A stretch of 64,000 nucleotides of DNA from Tubiluchus corallicola (lineage: Eukaryota > Animalia > Priapulida), in NCBI GenBank assembly GCA_030141605.1, contig JAQGDQ010000551.1:62001-126000 (forward strand), in the 5' to 3' direction. A program made the translations under genes and the position numbers. The notes below the pieces were generated by a model that was not told the DNA's origin, ran no database searches, and worked only from the letters and a program-made list of their open reading frames with translations. Positions 1 through 64,000 of this stretch are shown piece by piece. How positions within the stretch are numbered: the stretch's first letter is position 1; every line of letters starts with the position of its first letter.

Positions 1-53
1 CTCTCTCTCTCTCTCTGCCTCTCTCTCTCTCTGCCTTTCTCTCTCTCTCTCTG

Positions 54-113
<60 letters not shown>

Positions 114-200
114 CCTCTCTCTCTCTCTCTCTCCCTCTCTCTCTCTCTCTCTCCCTCTCGTTTTCTCTTTCTCTTCCTCGCTCTCTGTTTCGCTCTCTTG
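1..200. repeat. (CT)n microsatellite
   Basis: Read directly from the sequence. Confidence 0.95.
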
Positions 201-842
201 TTTTTCTCGATTTGGTCACATAGGTCTGTACATGCAACGTGTGTCTAGTCAAATTCGTCTAAACGTAAAAGCAGTAGAAAAAGTTCTGGCGTTTTGCTCT
301 TACACAAATCTCAAATCCGTAACGTAAACGTCAGAGCACACACTTGCACTTCTAGATTTATTGTAGTCAGTAACCCTCTGATTTTGCGTCTGTTCAAATA
401 ACAAGTTCGTAACATAAAAACTTGTAGCCGCAAACCAGTGAACAAAAGCTGATGTTGCAAAAAAAGTGGGAGACAGAAAGAAAAAATATTGGCACCGTAA
501 TTTAAAATTTGGCCATATAAATGTGCGTTACCAATTTAGTGCATTTGTTCAGAGTTTGAAGTCTTTTTTCAGTTTCAACAGTTCACTATGTTGAAAGTAA
601 CATAGACAATTAAATTCTTAACAAGAAAACGTTAAAGAATGAACATGAAAAGCAAACTACGATGCGACAGCAACATACACAGCAACATACTTTAAAGCAT
701 CATACACCGCAGCATACTTTAAAGTAACATGCACCGCAACATACTTTAAAGCAACATACGCAGAGGGTTATAACTTATTGCAAAATATCATAGAATAGAT
801 GGACAAGTACTGTAAACCTATAATATAATCCAGCATTCTGTA

Positions 843-1047
843 ATTCATCCATTCTTTTTTTATCGGGTTCACATGACAGTGGGCTTATACAAGCCTTTGC
901 TTCTCTAGCCCACTGCAGTACAATTATTCTTTTATGATAACGATAGTGTATGAAACACAACAATTTAATACCGTATGATGTAATAATTTTAATGTCACTG
1001 TGTGCTTAGTGTCATTATATTGTACTGAATGTGATAATAATAATAAG
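843..1047 (+). mobile_element. Third, ~200-bp 3' UTR fragment of the same LINE
   Basis: Reverse complement of 57925-58125; ends tgtactgaatgtgataataataataa. Confidence 0.8.
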
Positions 1048-1611
1048 TAAATAAAAAAATAAAAAACCAAACTCAATGTTATATCCAATATCCAATATTG
1101 TAACCAAATATAACCAGCATTTATAATGAACACGTCTTTAACAGTAAACGAACTCTTTCTTGTTTGCGTTTGCAAATGAACATGTTAAGAAAATTGTTAG
1201 CCAATGTGGTTGCAAGCAACTGACCTCTGGCTTTGTCATTGACCAATTTTTCTTTCCTCGTTCACGCAACGGCGATTTTTGTTGAAAAATTTCGCTTCTG
1301 GAATGGATAAAAAAACAGAGTTGGCAAACAGGAAGCAGAAAATGTGAAAAAGGCACAAACAAAAACATAGGAAACGTTGACTCCGTTTACTAAGCTGCAA
1401 ATAGGTGACTTAACTGAGCGCCAAAGTAATCGTGCAAGTTACGTGCCAGAAAATGTACCCAGTCCATTCAGTGCTTTTATTTGATAAGCTTACTAACCTG
1501 ACACGTTAGAGTTTCAAAAATTGTTAACGTGATATTCTGAAACATTTTAGTGTCCTGTCCTCAACTTGGAAAACCGAGGGAAATTCTAGTAATTTCCTAA
1601 GCAAGCTTACT

Positions 1612-2401
1612 CAGTTGTCACGTTTATCATGTGGTAATAGAAACTTAATTGAAAATGACAATCTTTCTTGTATTAGTTCAAACAAAGTCTGAAATCTCTG
1701 GACGAACTGCAGTTGTGTAGAGTGTTCTGATAGTCACTCTTATTAAAGGAAAAGGCAACTAAAAGAATGGCAAATTAGTTGACTAAGCAATGTTACTTCG
1801 TATGTACTGCAAGTAGCCCTGTAAATTAAAAACAATTAGCAGGTGCACTTTTAATTTAATGAAACTGCCACTGAAATCATCCTATTCAAACCTAAAACAG
1901 AAACAATATTGTTAACGCAAATGTCAAAAGTTCAATGGTAAGCTAATGAACAAAGATTCCACATCAATACTTCTCATCACAAACCATTTAATTGCAATTA
2001 CATTCTGATGGTCTTATTGTGGGAAGTATTGTTGCGGAATCTTTGTTCACTGAGCTTGCATTTGAAGGAAACCTTGGAAATTTGCGCTAACAATATTTTT
2101 GCATCAGTGCTTCTGTTTTAGGTTTGAATAGAATGATTTCAGTGGCAGTTTCATTAAGTAAAATTTGTACATGCTAATTGTGTTTAACTTACAGGGCTAC
2201 TTGCAGTACATGCGTGGTAACATTGCTTAGTCATCTAATTTGCCACTCTTTTAGTTGCCTTTTCCTTTAATAAGACTGACTATCAGAACATTCTACATAA
2301 CTGCAGTTCGTCCAGAGATTTCAGACATTGTTGGAACTAATACAAGAAAGATTGTCATTTTCAATTAAGTTTCTATTACCACATGATAAACGTGACAACT
2401 G
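1612..2401. mobile_element. Foldback/MITE-like element with ~290-bp inverted arms
   Basis: 1612-1904 and 2110-2401 are reverse complements (CAGTTGTCACGTTTATCATGTGG...CCACATGATAAACGTGACAACTG). No clear TSD. Confidence 0.8.
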
Positions 2402-3175
2402 TCAGACATCTTTAAGCTCAGTCTTTTCACCACGCCCGTATCAAATACAGGAAAATGTTAGCCCGATACTGCCTAGGGCACGGCATGGCATAGGAAACAC
2501 GCCGATTCAAATTCGGGTGCCAAAAAAATTTGGAAGCGATCGTCAAACGCGAGCAGAAATTCTAGTAGGCGCTGAATTGATGGCGGCGCTAAGATCGCCG
2601 TGACGTTCATTCTATTTGTAAAGAAATCAGAGTTGGCAGGTGAAAATCATTGCCCTCAGTCACGTTACGGAAAATTAATAATTGAAGGTTTCTATACCAG
2701 GAATGAAATCCAATTTTAGGAACAAGGTAGCTATGTGTTCCAAACACAATGCAGAACGCAGACATGTTATCTGCACTGCCAACGTTTCTTCCTTGAATTG
2801 CAATCACACAATAGGTATTGTGTGAAGGTACAAATGTGTGGCTTGAATACCGTCAAAGAAAGTGAATTTCAATTGAAAATTGTCCGATTCTGTTAAAATT
2901 CCAATCTTAAATTCGACGGTTCGTTTACCCCTTTCATCAGAATTTGAAGATAATTGTCTTCGAACTAAGTATAGTTCTTTTAGGGAGTCATACTCCCTAT
3001 GAAAAGTAATTAGAGGACACAAGTCATTAGTGAAATGAAATAAATCTAGTATATGACAGGCAAAAATCAGGATTTGGCACATTGAAAATGTATGTAAAGA
3101 ATTTCGTCATTTGGGACATTACTGTAAAGGAGGAAGATTTAGGCTGCGTGTTAGTGGGTGAAACTTGGAATTCCA

Positions 3176-3878
3176 CAGTTCAATAAGTACAAAATACCTG
3201 AAGTTGTTCAAGATATGGAACATTACAGTTCAATAAGTACAAAATACCTGAAGCTGTTCAAGATATGGAACATTGCAGTTCAATAAGTACAAAATACCTG
3301 AAGATGTTCAAGATATGGAACATTACAGTTCAATAAGTACAAAATACCTCAAGATGTTCAAGATATGGAACATTACAGTTCAATAAGCACAAAATACTTG
3401 AAGATGTTCAAGATATGGAACATTGCAGTTCAATAAGTACAAAATACCTGAAGATGTTCAAGATATTGTACACTACAGTTCAATAAGTACGAAATACCTG
3501 AAGCTGTTCAAGATATGGAACATTACAGTTCAATAAGCACAAAATACTTGAAGATGTTCAAGATATGGAACATTGCAGTTCAATAAGTACAAAATACCTG
3601 AAGCTGTTCAAGATATGGAACATTGCGGTTCAATAAGTATAAAATACCTAAAGATGTTCAAGATATGGAACATTACGGTTCAATAAGTACAAAATACCTG
3701 AAGATGTTCAAGATATTGTACACTACAGTTCAATAAGTACGAAATACCTGAAGCTGTTCAAGATATGGAACATTACAGTTCAATAAGTACGAAATACCTG
3801 AAGCTGTTCAAGATATGGAACATTACAGTTCAATAAGTACGAAATACCTGAAGCTGTTCAAGATATGGAACATTAGTT
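3176..3878. repeat. Minisatellite, 50-bp unit, about 14 copies
   Basis: Unit caataagtacaaaatacctgaagatgttcaagatatggaacattacagtt, head to tail with no spacers. Confidence 0.95.
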
Positions 3879-5260
3879 CAACCTGAGAAGTCAACAATCT
3901 AGAATAATATTACAACAGAATACGTTTAGAAACTGAAACATTAGTGCAACGTAAGAAAGATTTGGAAAGTCAGTAACGTATCAAGATGCTGATGAAGGTT
4001 TTGTAGAGACAAAAACGAGACATTTGCCCTAAGAAAAGTAAAGAAGACGAGAATCTAAAAGACCCAGAAAACTAAAAATGGTATTCTGAGCATTAAATAA
4101 GCTATTTGAAATAACTAGTGGTTGGTTGAGAAAACCTAATAAGCAAAATAACAACACGAGTTGATTATAGACACACAGAATTTATGTATATTATCATGGA
4201 ATGTGTGGTATTAAAACAATAGTTGATTATTTAATAGGTAATCCTTTTTCGGGTGTTTAAAAGGCAAAGGCACAATTTTAACAAAAAAGCAAATTTTCTC
4301 TTTGTAACATGTTGAACTAACATAGTAGTAACACAATGTAGTAAAATGCTGCCCTTTGTCTTCATTATAAATGTTTTCCATTACCTTTAATTACACCTGT
4401 GCAGGTAGCTACATGCAGCACTTTTTTGTCCATTTCCTCGGGCTGAGACACCACAGTGTCTTTGATTAAGCGTCCTTGATAACAGCTCTAGTCGAAATTC
4501 CTGTTTGTTTAATGACACCCCTGTCAACTGATCGAAATGGCGGTGACCTTTGGGGGGAAGAGATCCATCAAAACTGGGTGTCATTGATTTATTATGAATT
4601 AATTTCATGCTTATGTGAGCTAACCATGGCTTTTGATACTGCACGTCTGCTACTGGAAGACACTGACTTCCAGTTCAAAATTAATGACTTTATCATTAAA
4701 TAGTTATGTGAATGAAACATAATTTATGAACTGCTGCCAAAGTGTCAACAGTAAAATGACGTAGTTTTGCATGACTAAAAGGAGGTTTGTACCTTATAAT
4801 GCCTCCGAATATCGTACTTTTTTCAATCCTATCTTATCAATAATTACTTCAGTTATACAGTTACTATATAGCTCGTAATTTATTCGATATACAGAAATAG
4901 AAAAGACGAGTTTTAAATCCAAGGTTACTTACAAAAACTTAAAGATGTTTACAGCAGAGAAGTAAAAATCAAAGAGTTAATCTACCTTGCACTTAAAATC
5001 ACATTGCATGTGATACATACGTTATACACACTAACGGCTTATTGAGATTAAATTTAAATCTTATTTATTTTTTCATGCGAATATTTTCATTTGGAATAAA
5101 TCTGTTAACAGAGCTCGTATTGTTAGCTGAGTCTAACCTCGCCCACTCCTTATACGGCAACTTCTACCTGGTTTATCTTATGAAGTAAAATATCACGTTT
5201 TTCTGCATAACCTTGTTAATCAACAGGTGTATTCTTGTTTTTGCACGATTCAGGTACAAA

Positions 5261-63337
<58,077 letters not shown>

Positions 63338-63367
63338 GTAAGTACGGATTATGTAATTCAAATGTGT

Positions 63368-63860
63368 AAGTAAGTTGTTGAAACAAATAAAAAATGTATT
63401 TTTTCACTAATAGATGGCAGGTAAATCTATTACAGATAAAGTAAGTTGTTGAAACAAATAAAAAATGTATTTTTTCACTAATAGATGGCAGGTAAATCTA
63501 TTACAGATAAAGTAAGTTGTTGAAACAAATAAAAAATGTATTTTTTCACTAATAGATAGCAGGTAAATCTATTACAGAAAAAGTAAGTTGTTGAAACAAA
63601 TAAAAATGTATTTTTTCACTAATAGATGACAGGTAAATCTATTACAGATAAAGTAAGTTGTTGAAACAAATAAAAAATGTATTTTTTCACTAATAGATGG
63701 CAGGTAAATCTATTACAGAAAAAGTAAGTTGTTGAAACAAATAAAAATGTATTTTTTCACTAATAGATGACAGGTAAATCTATTACAGATAAAGTAAGTT
63801 GTTGAAACAAATAAAAAATGTATTTTTTCACTAGTAGATGGCAGGTAAATCTATTACAGA
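63368..63860. repeat. Minisatellite, 70-71-bp unit, about 7 copies
   Basis: Unit aagtaagttgttgaaacaaataaaaaatgtattttttcactaatagatggcaggtaaatctattacagata. Confidence 0.95.
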
Positions 63861-64000
63861 TGTCGTACTGGTGTGATGGTATTTCATATCTGGTTAATAT
63901 TAGTGATTTTAATTTTGTCTTAAATGCTGATAGTGTTAACTTCAATCACATTCATTCAGAAATCAGAATTATGCTTGCAAATATTAAAATTTACGATTTT

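Noticed and set aside
200-660. Promoter or non-coding first exon next to the GAGA-type (CT)n tract
   Set aside because: No unambiguous TATA, Inr or donor combination, and CT tracts are ubiquitous in this window.
3176-3878. Regular 50-bp array with an internal palindrome (tgttc...gaaca), superficially CRISPR-like
   Set aside because: Units are contiguous and near-identical with no unique spacers; the context is eukaryotic and there are no cas genes.

Overview
AT-rich, microsatellite-rich animal genomic DNA, probably from an invertebrate; the species cannot be determined from the sequence. Nearly the whole window is one + strand gene with long introns. I spliced 13 GT-AG coding exons by hand (5261-5333, 21005-21310, 32696-32956, 33918-34196, 44599-44865, 49215-49321, 50349-50505, 55043-55218, 57550-57686, 60321-60466, 61388-61481, 62222-62366, 63142-63337). 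They total 2344 nt, or 781 codons plus 1 nt, and all intron phases are compatible. The protein has a signal peptide, five PAN/Apple modules, a cuticlin-type ZP domain (ZP-N and ZP-C), a furin site (KRKKR) and an EHP-like patch. The expected transmembrane exon must lie beyond the window. This is the architecture of NompA/NOAH-like apical extracellular matrix proteins. The most striking feature is that the last PAN exon stays open for about 400 more codons past its weak donor, into a basic Ser/Thr/Pro-rich segment followed by a stop and AATAAA. This predicts a second, ZP-less secreted isoform, or mucin-linker isoforms made through internal phase-1 donors. The introns contain a 5S-rRNA-headed SINE, a Kolobok-type foldback element, hAT MITEs, RTE and CR1/L2 fragments, several long hairpins, minisatellites and many microsatellites. 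One complex microsatellite occurs as an inverted pair bracketing exon 12. Most long ORFs in the supplied track are repeat artefacts.
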